Both the position numbers and the translations under genes were made by a program. A stretch of DNA of 64,000 nucleotides from Diplonema japonicum (Eukaryota > Protista > Euglenozoa: Diplonemea). The notes below the pieces were generated by a model, which did not search any database, was not told the origin of the DNA, and was given only the letters and a program-made list of their open reading frames with translations. The DNA is taken from the NCBI GenBank assembly GCA_964019335.1, contig OZ025648.1, positions 496,001-560,000 on the forward strand. Reading direction: 5' to 3'. Of this stretch, positions 10,469 to 20,294 are shown piece by piece. Position 1 is the first letter of the stretch. Each line of letters opens with the position of its first letter.

Positions 10469-11017
10469 CTTGCATGCATTATGGTGTATAGTTCGATGTT
10501 TTCCCCCCCCCCTCTTCCTTTTTTTTTTTTTTGCATTAAAAAAAGAAGGCGGAGGGGGAGAAAGGGAATACGAGGCTTACAGTGCATCTATTTTCTTTTT
10601 CGAGAAGAAGAACAGGGGGAATAGGCAAGGGAGTGAAAGAATGCCATTTTTTTTTTAATTTTTTTTTCGCTTATCACTTTTTCGCGCCCATTCGCCCAGG
10701 ATTGGGTAGGATTTTTTGGTGTATACCGTGTTTTTTTCTTCTTTTTCTTTTTTTTTTCTTTTTGTTTGTTATGCAGGGCTAAATTCTGTTTGCAAAAACC
10801 AAGGGGAAAAACAAAAAAAAAACAAAAAAAAAACAAAAAACAACACTTTTCCTTTTTTTTTTGTCCCCCCTCTTCCTTCGTGGTTACCCCTCTCAAAAAA
10901 AAGAGGAAAAAAAAGGTGTTAAGCCAATAAGTTTTTTCTTCTTCTTTCTTTTCTTTTTTCTCGTCTCTCCCCCCCCCCCCCCCCCCCCCTTAATATTTTC
11001 CTATCCCTCTCTTATTC

Positions 11018-11109
11018 TCATTTCAAAACATCAGGAAACTGTCCAAGATTAATCCAATACTGCAGAGCGTGCCTAAGGTAGTCGGCAGTGACGGTGGGAA
11101 CGGAGTACT

Positions 11110-11158
<49 letters not shown>

Positions 11159-12226
11159 GAAAAATTTCGGGGGGAGATAAAAAAAAAAAAAAAAAACACA
11201 CACCTCGAACCCAAGCGCTTCAACCTTCGTTCCCACTGCAGAGACAGGTGTTCCTTGAAGCTGTTCTTTACAGAGGTACGTTGTGAGGTGTCCACCGCTG
11301 CATCCTTTTTCGTTTAAGAGCTCCGACCAGTTCGTCAGATGCTTGTCGTTTGCTTCCACAAGAAGCTTGTCCAGATTTCCAACACTTTTCACGTAAATGT
11401 TCGTAGTCATGTGCCCGACACAGTGTGTCTTGATAGGGAAGATCTCTTCCACGATTTTGTTAAACTTTTTCTGGGTGGTGTCGTTCTTATCAACAAGATT
11501 ATACACTTCCCTGTTAACGCCCGCGCAGGCCACGTACCAAATTCCTCCGACAGCGTCCTGCACGTGCAAAGTGTGCATTCTGAGGTCATCGGAGTAAAGC
11601 AGTTCCATGTCCTCACCCAAATCCACATAAGATGCGGCACAAGCAAGACGGGGAATTAGTCCGCTTGTGTCACCAGGGCCATATACGTTGGGGAGCCTCG
11701 TGATGACAAATGGAAGGCTGGGGCATTGTTCCAGAATTGCATGTTCTGAATTGTAGTGCATTGCTGCGATTAGCTCATGTGGTTCTATCTTGTCGTCTTC
11801 CTTGGAAGGCTTCTCGCCCTTGCTGTCCTTTACCTTGTATACGGAGCAGGAGCCGACTTCTACGTACTTGTCACAGCCGAGGGATTCTGCCATTTTCGCG
11901 CATTTGATTTTCATCTCTTTTACCCTGTCGTACTCAAAGTCCTCGCAGCCGAACTTTGTCAGCCCTGCCAGGTTTATCACGATGTTGTAGCGTTCGTTGT
12001 TGAAGGCTTTCGCCGTCCCTGCTTCCGTCCACAGGTCGCATTGAATGAACTCCACCATATCCTTCTCGAAGGTCTCCTCGAACCTCTTGTCCATGTACGC
12101 CATGAACGGAGGGGTCTTGTCGGCAACCCTGACCCGCCCGGCAAGATTGTATTCTATCAAATATTGCACAAGATTCTTTCCAATGAACCCGGTCCCGCCC
12201 AGGACAAGCACACTGGGACCCGACAT
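11018..12226 (-). CDS. NAD-dependent epimerase/dehydratase (extended SDR); intron 11108-11203
   Basis: VLVLGGTGFIG Rossmann motif, INLAG, RLPNVYGPGD; splicing adds the terminal exon YSVPTVTADYLRHALQYWINLGQFPDVLK. Confidence 0.92.
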
Positions 12227-12352
12227 TTTTTTTTTCTTTTCTTTTTTTTTTTCTTTTTTTTTTTTTTTTGAAAAATTTCGGGGAAAAAAAAAAAGTCAAT
12301 TTTTTTTTGTTTACGGGAATGAGGGGGAAGAAAGGGGGGGGGGGGGGGGGAA

Positions 12353-12802
12353 TTATGGTTTGGAAACTCCGCTCAGTGTTACGAAAACCTGGCCTCCTAG
12401 AACCATGCTCAGCTTTGTAGGGTCTGACATGGTGTATTTTTTCAACACGGGAGGCCCGTCGTACTCCGGTATCTCGACCATCAGCTCCCTCCCATTAACA
12501 ATAACCTCAAAAGTTCCCGTTCTGGCAGGGTACCCAGCCGCTTTCTTCGCAGGGGCGGGGATCATGCTGAGAAAGGGGTCGGTGAGCTTTCGTGTCGCTC
12601 CTGCCTCGTTGCTATGTTGTCCGATTTCGAAGCCGAAGCCATCGACCTTCAGTTTGAATCTGACACTATTCCCCTTTATCTCAATGGGGACTACCATGTA
12701 ATCACCGCCTACGGCTTCCACACCCACTACTTGGTTCCCATTCGCATCTTCTGAAAGAATCACATCTGTCGCAAGGGGAAGTTTCAATAACCTAACACTC
12801 AT
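12353..12802 (-). CDS. Hypothetical beta-rich protein (149 aa)
   Basis: Clean ORF, A-run before ATG, same strand as the cluster. Confidence 0.7.
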   Translation of the reverse strand: MSVRLLKLPLATDVILSEDANGNQVVGVEAVGGDYMVVPIEIKGNSVRFKLKVDGFGFEIGQHSNEAGATRKLTDPFLSMIPAPAKKAAGYPARTGTFEVIVNGRELMVEIPEYDGPPVLKKYTMSDPTKLSMVLGGQVFVTLSGVSKP

Positions 12803-13456
12803 TTTTTACTACTCTATTCCTAATATTTTCTTTTTTTTTTGTTTTTTTTTGTCAATTTGTGTATTACTTTCCTTTTTTAAAAAATGATGTACAGGGGTGA
12901 AGGGGTGTGGTGTATATGAAAAAAATTGGACGACCCGGGGGGGGGGGGGGGGGGGGGTGATGAAGAGGGGGGAACAAAAAAAAAACACAAGGACGCAACG
13001 GGAGCAAAAAGGACGGTAAAGAAAAAAAAACAAATAGATAGGGGTGCTAAAAAAAAAAAGAGATTTTTTTTTCTTCCCTTTTTGATTCTTTTTGCCAGGA
13101 TTTTTTTTTCCTCCCCTCCCTCCTAATTTTTCTGAAGAAAAAAAAAGCCCTCGAAAAAAAAAAAGAACACTAAACAAAAAGGGGGGAGCGGTGGAAGGAA
13201 AAAAAAAAAGAAAACAAAAGAAGAAGGGAGAAAAAAAAAAACACCCTGGCAAAAAAAAAAAGGGTTCCCCCTCCCTTTTCCATCCCTTATTTTTTTCTGA
13301 TCTCCTTAGATACACACCAAAAACCATCCTTTATTTTTTCCCTTCCTCCCCCACTGTCACTTACACTACCAGAAAAAAAAAAGGGGGCAGATTGGTAACT
13401 CACATCTTCCTGAACTCGGCACACTTTTTTTTTTCTCTTTTTTTCCCCCCCATTTT

Positions 13457-13736
13457 TCATACCAGTTCGTGCATGCGAGTGCTGCCGAACTTGTCCTCGT
13501 TCTTCGCCATTTCAGTAAGAAGGGAAGCAGGCTGTGTGTGTGTGTGTGGAGAAGAGAGAAAAAAAAAAAAAAAAAAAAAAAGAAAGAAACTGTTCTTTCT
13601 ATCAAACCTTGTCCTGCTTCGCGGCTTTCATCACGGTAGCCATGGTCTTGTATGTCTCTGAGGTGGGGTCGATTTCGAAATTCAGGACATCGTCGAATAG
13701 GTGCACCACACGCTTGCTGTTCTCGGGTTCAGCCGA

Positions 13737-13768
<32 letters not shown>

Positions 13769-14092
13769 CCCGCAACATACTTCATGAGGATCTCTAGGGT
13801 GTTGGCATCGGGCCTGATAAGCTTGCTCTTCATCACCTCGAAGTTACTCTTAAGAGTGTCGTTCACCTTCAGGTCAGAAAGCTTGCGGAGCTCCACATTG
13901 TACTGTCATAGGATGGAAAATTGTATTTTTTTTTTTTTTGAAAAAAAAAACCTGCGCAACGTTGGTCACTTTGAACTCGTACAGGTTTTCGATGGCGGAG
14001 GTGGACTGGAACTCCAGGAAGGCGGGGTCCTTCTCGCCTTTGAACTCGGATGCGGGCCTGGCCGCGGACCTCATCAGGGTGCGCCTCATCAT
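13457..14092 (-). CDS. Small mitochondrial PPR-like protein (155 aa), 4 exons; introns 13903-13951, 13738-13780, 13532-13607
   Basis: Not visible as one ORF. Spliced product has a presequence-like MMRRTLMRSAAR and PPR-like motifs YNVELRKL...FEVMKSKLIRPDANTLEILMK and LFDDVLNFEIDPTSETY. Confidence 0.75.
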
Positions 14093-14175
14093 TTTTTTTT
14101 TTTCTTCTTCTTTTTCGTAATGCCTGGAAAAAAAGTTTTTTTTGAAAGGGGAAAAAAAAAAAAAAAAAAAATCCC

Positions 14176-15167
14176 TCACAGCACGCCCTGCATTGCGGAT
14201 TCTAACAAGTCGAAATCGACACCATTCTCCACAACACGGACCGCCTCCTGTATCTTTCTGTCATCGTCGAACCTGTGGGGGAATCCTACTGCGTTCCATT
14301 TTGCGATTTCCGACAAGACCTGGGAGACGGTGGCTGTTCGGTGAACAAAGACGGTGTGCGGCTCAAGCCTCTTAACCAAGCTGGAAGGCCACTGCGAAAC
14401 AGCCCCCGTGAAGAGAAAAGACGGCTTCACAACACCAACACACCGATCGACAACAGAAAGTATCGAAGAAATCACATCAAAACGAGAACCAGGAACAACA
14501 AACAAGGGGAAAGGATGCTCCGCAAGGGCAGCGGACGCCTCGAATGCGTCAATAGCAGAAGAGACACCTAAACATGTTGTGATGGGGTGGGAATCTGAGA
14601 TTTTTGTCCGTTCGTCCATTTTGAAGATTTCTTGAAGGTCGAGAATTGTCAGGGTTTGAAGTGCAGCGGTGTGGGGTACTGAACCGAAAACGGTGTAGTT
14701 GTAATCTTTCAAACCTCCGTTTTTATTGAGGATTGCACCGTCGAGGCCCTTTTTGTAAAAATTGCTGTTGAGGATGAACGGCTCTTCGGACGCTTCCGAG
14801 CAGACCATGATGTTTAGACTTTTTACATTTTGCACGATGTCAGAAAATCCTTCTCGTGCTGCCGTACCGGGAAGGCTGAGTATAGTCACGTCATTGTTGA
14901 GCCGCATTTTCTCGTACGCTGAGGCCACCCCCTCCACGCCTCCTGAGGGGCATATTTCTTTGTATTGCAAATGGTTTGTTAAAACTTTTTCGCGGATGAT
15001 AACGGTGTCTTTGTCCACGGCTGCGTCCTCCACCTGTATCACCCCTTCGCCGCGTGGGACCCGCAGGAAGCCCACCGACCGCCCTCTCTTTTGAAATCCT
15101 GATATCAATCCCATAGACACCGTCAAGCCCCCCGATCTAAGCGGGGAGGTTAGGGTTAGTCCGCATT

Positions 15168-15171
<4 letters not shown>
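14176..15171 (-). CDS. BioD-like/DRTGG protein resembling the N-terminal region of class II phosphate acetyltransferase
   Basis: Degenerate P-loop region SGGLTVSMGLISGFQKRGRSVGFL, DGAILNK, FGSVPH, VVPGSRFDVI, C-terminal KIQEAVRVVENGVDFDLL; no catalytic PTA domain. Confidence 0.7.
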
Positions 15172-15198
<27 letters not shown>

Positions 15199-15520
15199 AT
15201 CGTTTCCTAATCACGGATGATTTTTTTTTTTTGGATTTAGAAAGAAAGGGGGGGGAAAATTATTTTATGGGAAAAAAAAAAGGAGGAATTGGCAGTTGTG
15301 TTGTACGTGCCGAGGGGGGGGGGGGGGGGGGGGGGGGGTAGAAAAACCTGTAGAAAAGCTTTGCACAACCCCGTAAACATGTTTGCCAACGTTCCCCCCC
15401 CCCTTTTTTTTCTGTTTAGGAATAATAAAAAAAAGGAGAGGCCACCCCCCTCCCACCACCGTGTAACAAAGAGAAAAAAAAAGAAAGGGGAAAATTATTT
15501 TTTTTTTCTTCCTTCCCTTC

Positions 15521-15715
15521 TCAAACGTGCAGCCCGACTGGTACACTGGCAAACCCGTGGCTCACTTGGACTACTGTCACCGGAATGCTCACCACTGCAG
15601 GGATGATGTGCCCACCATCGGCCTTGGGGCTCCCACCGACAGAAGGCTTCTTGACACCATGAACATGGTGCACGCCGGGAAGACCAGTGGACTTGAGGTT
15701 CTTGATGGCACCCAT
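15521..15715 (-). CDS. Val/His-rich microprotein, paralog A (64 aa)
   Basis: MGAIKNLK...PGVHHVH...IPAVVSIPVTVVQVSHGFASVPVGLHV; protein conserved with neighbouring paralog despite many synonymous changes. Confidence 0.8.
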   Translation of the reverse strand: MGAIKNLKSTGLPGVHHVHGVKKPSVGGSPKADGGHIIPAVVSIPVTVVQVSHGFASVPVGLHV

Positions 15716-15847
15716 TTTTTTTTTTTTTTTTTTTTTGTTATTCGTGTAAGAGAAACTGTACAATGAGAATGAGAATTTTTTTACAAAAAAAAATTTTTTT
15801 TAAAGGAGGGAGAGGGGGGAAGTGTAATTATTACTTAACAAGCCACC

Positions 15848-16033
15848 TCAAATACGTAAGCCAATCGGTACACTGGCAAACCCGTGGCTCACCTGAATAA
15901 CGGTAACAGGTATGCTAACCACGGCTGGAATAACGTCTCCCCTCGAACCAGCAGCACTTGGCGTTGCTGGCTTTACAGGGTGTACATGGTGCACACCAGG
16001 GAGGGCAGCCTTGAGGTTCTTAATCGCGCCCAT
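15848..16033 (-). CDS. Val/His-rich microprotein, paralog B (61 aa)
   Basis: MGAIKNLK...PGVHHVH...IPAVVSIPVTVIQVSHGFASVPIGLRI; tandem paralog of 15521-15715. Confidence 0.8.
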   Translation of the reverse strand: MGAIKNLKAALPGVHHVHPVKPATPSAAGSRGDVIPAVVSIPVTVIQVSHGFASVPIGLRI

Positions 16034-16605
16034 ATTTTGTTTAGTTTTTGTGTATTGAAAGATTGGTATGCTGCTTAAATGTGAGGGTGTCCCTTCCCAG
16101 AAGCACAAAAAAAAAAGGAGAGAGAAAAAAAAAACGGAAAATAATAAAATAATAAAGGGGGGAGAGAAAAAAAAATGAGGAGAGAAATAAAAGAAGGTAA
16201 GTACTACAATGGGGGAAGGATGGGGGGGGGGGGGGGGGAACGGCAACTGAAGGCTAGGTATCTCTAAGCAGACGGGCCGTCTGAGTCTGGAAAAGGAGGG
16301 ATAAGAATTCTTTAAAATTCTTTTTAAAAAAAACCATCTTCGTCCCCCCCCCCCCCCCTTCTTTTTTTTGAATTGTCCCAAAAAAAGAAAAAGGCAATAT
16401 GTGAGACCAAAAAAAAAAAAGAAGGGGGGAAAAAAAAGGGGGGAGGGCAGCAAAAGCACAACCTATAGGATGATCTTGAAGAAAAGAAAAAAGGGAAGAG
16501 AAAAAAAAAAGGCGCTGGAGGTAAGATATTTATTGCACAATTCCCATTTTTTTTGTTGTTGTTCTCCACAAATAATACATAAAAAAAAACCCTCCCCCCT
16601 CCCCC

Positions 16606-18783
16606 CTAGTCAAGTGAAGAATAACCTTTTTTAGAAGGAGGTTTGTAACCGTAGTCCGCTTGCGCGTACTGAGCATCACGCCGCACCATAGTACTGTCTT
16701 CGATAGCATTGTAGTTTCGAGTGAGGCGTTGCATCTGTTTTTTTTTTTTTTTTTTTTTTCTTTTAAATCATACCTGTGTTACATCCGACTCACCCTGAAT
16801 ATGTGCTGCAGCGTGCTCGGCAACACCCACTGTAGATGGCTTGTACACGACAGAAGTCATGGCGTTGCTATCAGACACCCCGTAAATAGTCCCCAACGCA
16901 GCATCTGGCAACGGGATGGGTTCTTCCTGCGTCCTGGTCTTCCCCGTTCTCCTTTTGATCTCATCTATCAAGGCATCGCCCTCTTTCGACGACTTAAACG
17001 CAGGCCCCTGCATGGCTATGAACGACAAGTACGATTTCTCCATCTTCCCCTCCTTGCAAATCTCAGCGATCTTCCGGTTCTCACCCTGCATACCGTAACG
17101 GTAAGAACCGTACAAATAAAAATCGCAAGTGGAGAAAGCAACGACATCACCAACCCCACAGACTCGAACGGTACAAGTGTTCATGTGTTCCACAATTTGT
17201 TCGGCCTTGGGGAGTATGATGAATAAGAGTTGTAGAGGTGTTGTGACGACTGACGCGCCTTCTTGGAAGAAGACCCAAGCTGCCCATGGGAAGTAGAAAG
17301 ATTTGAAATCTTTGTATATTGTAACGTGTTCTGCGGGGTTGTTCCATCCCTTCGGCCGCCAATGAGTGCAGTTTGAGATGGCTTTGAACCCGGCAATGGG
17401 GTCGAAAATTAGCCCGGCTCGCAGTTCATCGTCTTTCAACAGCTGCGTCACACTACCGACGACCGCAGACAGGATGGACAACCACCACAACAAACTCCTT
17501 CCGTGAACCGTGACGTGCAGCAGAGCTGCATCGTTTAAGAGGGACAGAACGATCATGAAACCAAGCAGGCCCGTTAACATGAATGTGAATGTCACCGCAG
17601 CTATCCTTTCTACCCCATTCGGGTATTTTTCAATGTACTCTTGCGCGACCCTCCTGCTGTTGTACATACGCATGTCAAACACATGGTCGAGCTCGTTGAA
17701 CTCCCTGAATTTCCATAAAGCCTCTAAAGACCAGGTTCGCATGACGAGCTTTCCCGGTTCAGATTTGAACATCAACCCGTAACGGAAGGATTTGTAAGCC
17801 ACCCTCCAAGCCAACACGAAGGGAGATCCCAGTATGAGAAATATCGCTCCTAGTATTAGGTAAATTTTCAATCTGAACACCGTCGTTGCAGTGGTTTCAG
17901 CGTCTTTTTTCCTGGTTGAAAGCGCGTTCTCGCTGTTTATCTCAAAAAAGTACCCGATCATGAGCTCCTTCACGATCTGGACGGTTGTGGTGTTCAAAGA
18001 GTTCAGCTTGAAGACGCCCGTGTTCACGAATGAGATGAGATAGTTCTCCGAGCGCATTATGCACTGCGCCATGTTAAGCTCATTGAGAATCGGTGTGTCT
18101 TCCTTCTTACCTCCTTGGTTGTAATGCGTTGCTATTCGATTGTCGAGGTTAAACTGCCATTTTTTTAGTTTTGACGCGATCGTGCTCCAGTCGTAAACAC
18201 CAAAGTAGATGTCATCGTCCACAATGTGCAGCTCGTCGGTGTAGAATTTCCGCACGTCGCACAGCGCCCAGTAGTCCAAGAAAACGAATTTCATCACCGT
18301 TATAATCACCACTATGAAGAATGATATTTCGAAAAACAACAAAACCTTCAACGTAAGCGACAGATTGTCGTATGGGTCCGGTTTGAATAAATCCACGTTG
18401 CGGCACCCTTCCTCACCCCCGCATCTCATCAACTCGTCCCAGTTGACGTACACAAAGAGAATCACGGTGAAGCCGATCGTGAACACGCATCTGATGATGT
18501 GTAGCATTTTATCCACTAGTATGCAGTTGAAGCCTCTGAGCTTCCAGTACTTATAAATCCGCACCAGCCCTTGGTCTCGCCTCAAGGTGTCTCCTTTCTT
18601 CCCGCCCGGTGCGAACAGCTTGACACCTTCCGAGGCTGTGTTCAGATTTTCCTGGTCCCCGAATCGCTTCTCGCTAGCGAGACCGCTGTACCCCTCCATC
18701 TCCATCTCTATTGGGTTCTCCGTGTCATTCACTGGTGTGTAACCGCCGCTCCAGGCGGTAAGTCGTGACGACGCTGCTCCCAT
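16606..18783 (-). CDS. ATG9: Autophagy protein ATG9 (~712 aa); intron 16735-16773
   Basis: IYKYWKLRGFNCIL, IMRSENYLISF, WKFREFNELDHVF, VCGVGDVVAFSTCDF and GKMEKSYLSF are ATG9 signatures; start MGAASS follows an A-run. Confidence 0.93.
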
Positions 18784-18838
18784 TTTTTTTTTTCTTCCTT
18801 CCCCCCCTCCCCCACCCTTATTTATGTCACACGAACCT

Positions 18839-18873
<35 letters not shown>

Positions 18874-18957
18874 CTGACCCAACATTTAAAAAAAAAATTT
18901 CTTTTTGTGTTGTTTACCCATCTTGAGAAAGAAGGGGTTTTTTTTTTTTCCTTTCTT

Positions 18958-20232
18958 TCAAAATACAAGGTATGCGTCCCTTGGGGACATATTCTTGGGT
19001 TTCCGGTAAACCGCGTTTGTTGGAACGTAAGCTTCGCTCAATACGACGGGGGCACGGGCGGGGGGTTGGTTGCGGGGGACGGGGTAGAACTCCGATCGAA
19101 CATCGGACCTGGGTGAAATACCAACCGAGGTGGTCGGGGCTGTCAAGGCCCTGGTGTCGTTAAGCTGGTCCTGCGTGTCAAAAACGTGTTTAAAGCAAAG
19201 CTTCCTCCAAGACGCGTTCGCCGGAGCAACATTTTTACTTTTGCTTATTTCGGCGTGGAGCATCGCCTTGCGCTTCATCAACACCGACGAACTGCCAACA
19301 GTTCTCAGAGGGGGGAGATGCTTAACACGGCATATCTGACGGCTTCGTGTCGGTCTGTGACCCAACGGCGGGACATAGCCACAACCCTTCTGCTTACACC
19401 TAAGGGAACGAAGCATTTTGAGAAGATCGGCAATGTCATGGGTTTTGTTGAGCAACTGCCTGGCAATTAGATCCACTGCTTCCTCTTCTTTGGTAGTGTC
19501 GGCGGACGCCAAACTGCTTCTTGGAGAATTGTTGTCTTCTAATTGTTGGAGGTGGCCTTGGAGCTGTCTAGAAAGGCTGTTCGCAAAGAAATCTGTGTCT
19601 GTCTGAAGGTCGATGGCTTCTACTTCTTGTTCGTCAACAAGCTCATCTTCTTCGATTTGTTCTAACTGCAGCGACGCGGTTTCCGCAGCGGAGGCACCGA
19701 GCAGTTTTGTCCTCTTTGTCATTTTCTTCACAGACAAAACCTGCGCCAAGTTCTTCATCAAACCCTTTCCCCTTGATGATATAAACGGTGTTTTCACCCT
19801 CGGCGACGGGCATGACACCTCGTCCGACACGATTCTGCGTATTTTTTCCCTTGAAACCGAATCGCATTCATTGAAGATGTGCCGTTGAGCCTCCTTAGCA
19901 ACAAGGCAGGCTTTTGTTTCAAAGTGTTCCTTTGTGACCTCTTCTGAGTTCTGGAAGATGGCGTCTAAAACATCTTCTGCCAGTGCGTTGTCTTGAGGTG
20001 CCTCGGACTGCCTTCCCTTCATTCTTGCCACAATGCGCATGAGGCCCATCAGCGACATGCCCTCCCCATGCTTCCACACAGTGTCCACGGCGTCCAGGTC
20101 AAGGTCGGGATCGATATTCAGTAAGTACAGAGTGTTCCGCAGGCCTTGCTGCGAGGTGATGCCCCCTTCGCCCTGTACACGGAGGAACGCATCAGTCACA
20201 CGGTTAACCTCATCAGCGGCAAGCAGTGCCAT
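18958..20232 (-). CDS. Hypothetical protein (424 aa) with degenerate N-terminal EF-hand-like region
   Basis: Long clean ORF; DAFLRVQGEGGITSQQGLRNTL and GMSLMGLMRIV resemble degenerate EF-hands. Confidence 0.75.
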   Translation of the reverse strand: MALLAADEVNRVTDAFLRVQGEGGITSQQGLRNTLYLLNIDPDLDLDAVDTVWKHGEGMSLMGLMRIVARMKGRQSEAPQDNALAEDVLDAIFQNSEEVTKEHFETKACLVAKEAQRHIFNECDSVSREKIRRIVSDEVSCPSPRVKTPFISSRGKGLMKNLAQVLSVKKMTKRTKLLGASAAETASLQLEQIEEDELVDEQEVEAIDLQTDTDFFANSLSRQLQGHLQQLEDNNSPRSSLASADTTKEEEAVDLIARQLLNKTHDIADLLKMLRSLRCKQKGCGYVPPLGHRPTRSRQICRVKHLPPLRTVGSSSVLMKRKAMLHAEISKSKNVAPANASWRKLCFKHVFDTQDQLNDTRALTAPTTSVGISPRSDVRSEFYPVPRNQPPARAPVVLSEAYVPTNAVYRKPKNMSPRDAYLVF

Positions 20233-20294
20233 GTGCCATGTACTGTGATGGCTTTTTGTTGTGGGGGAGGGAGGGGGGACAGGAAAATTTTTTC

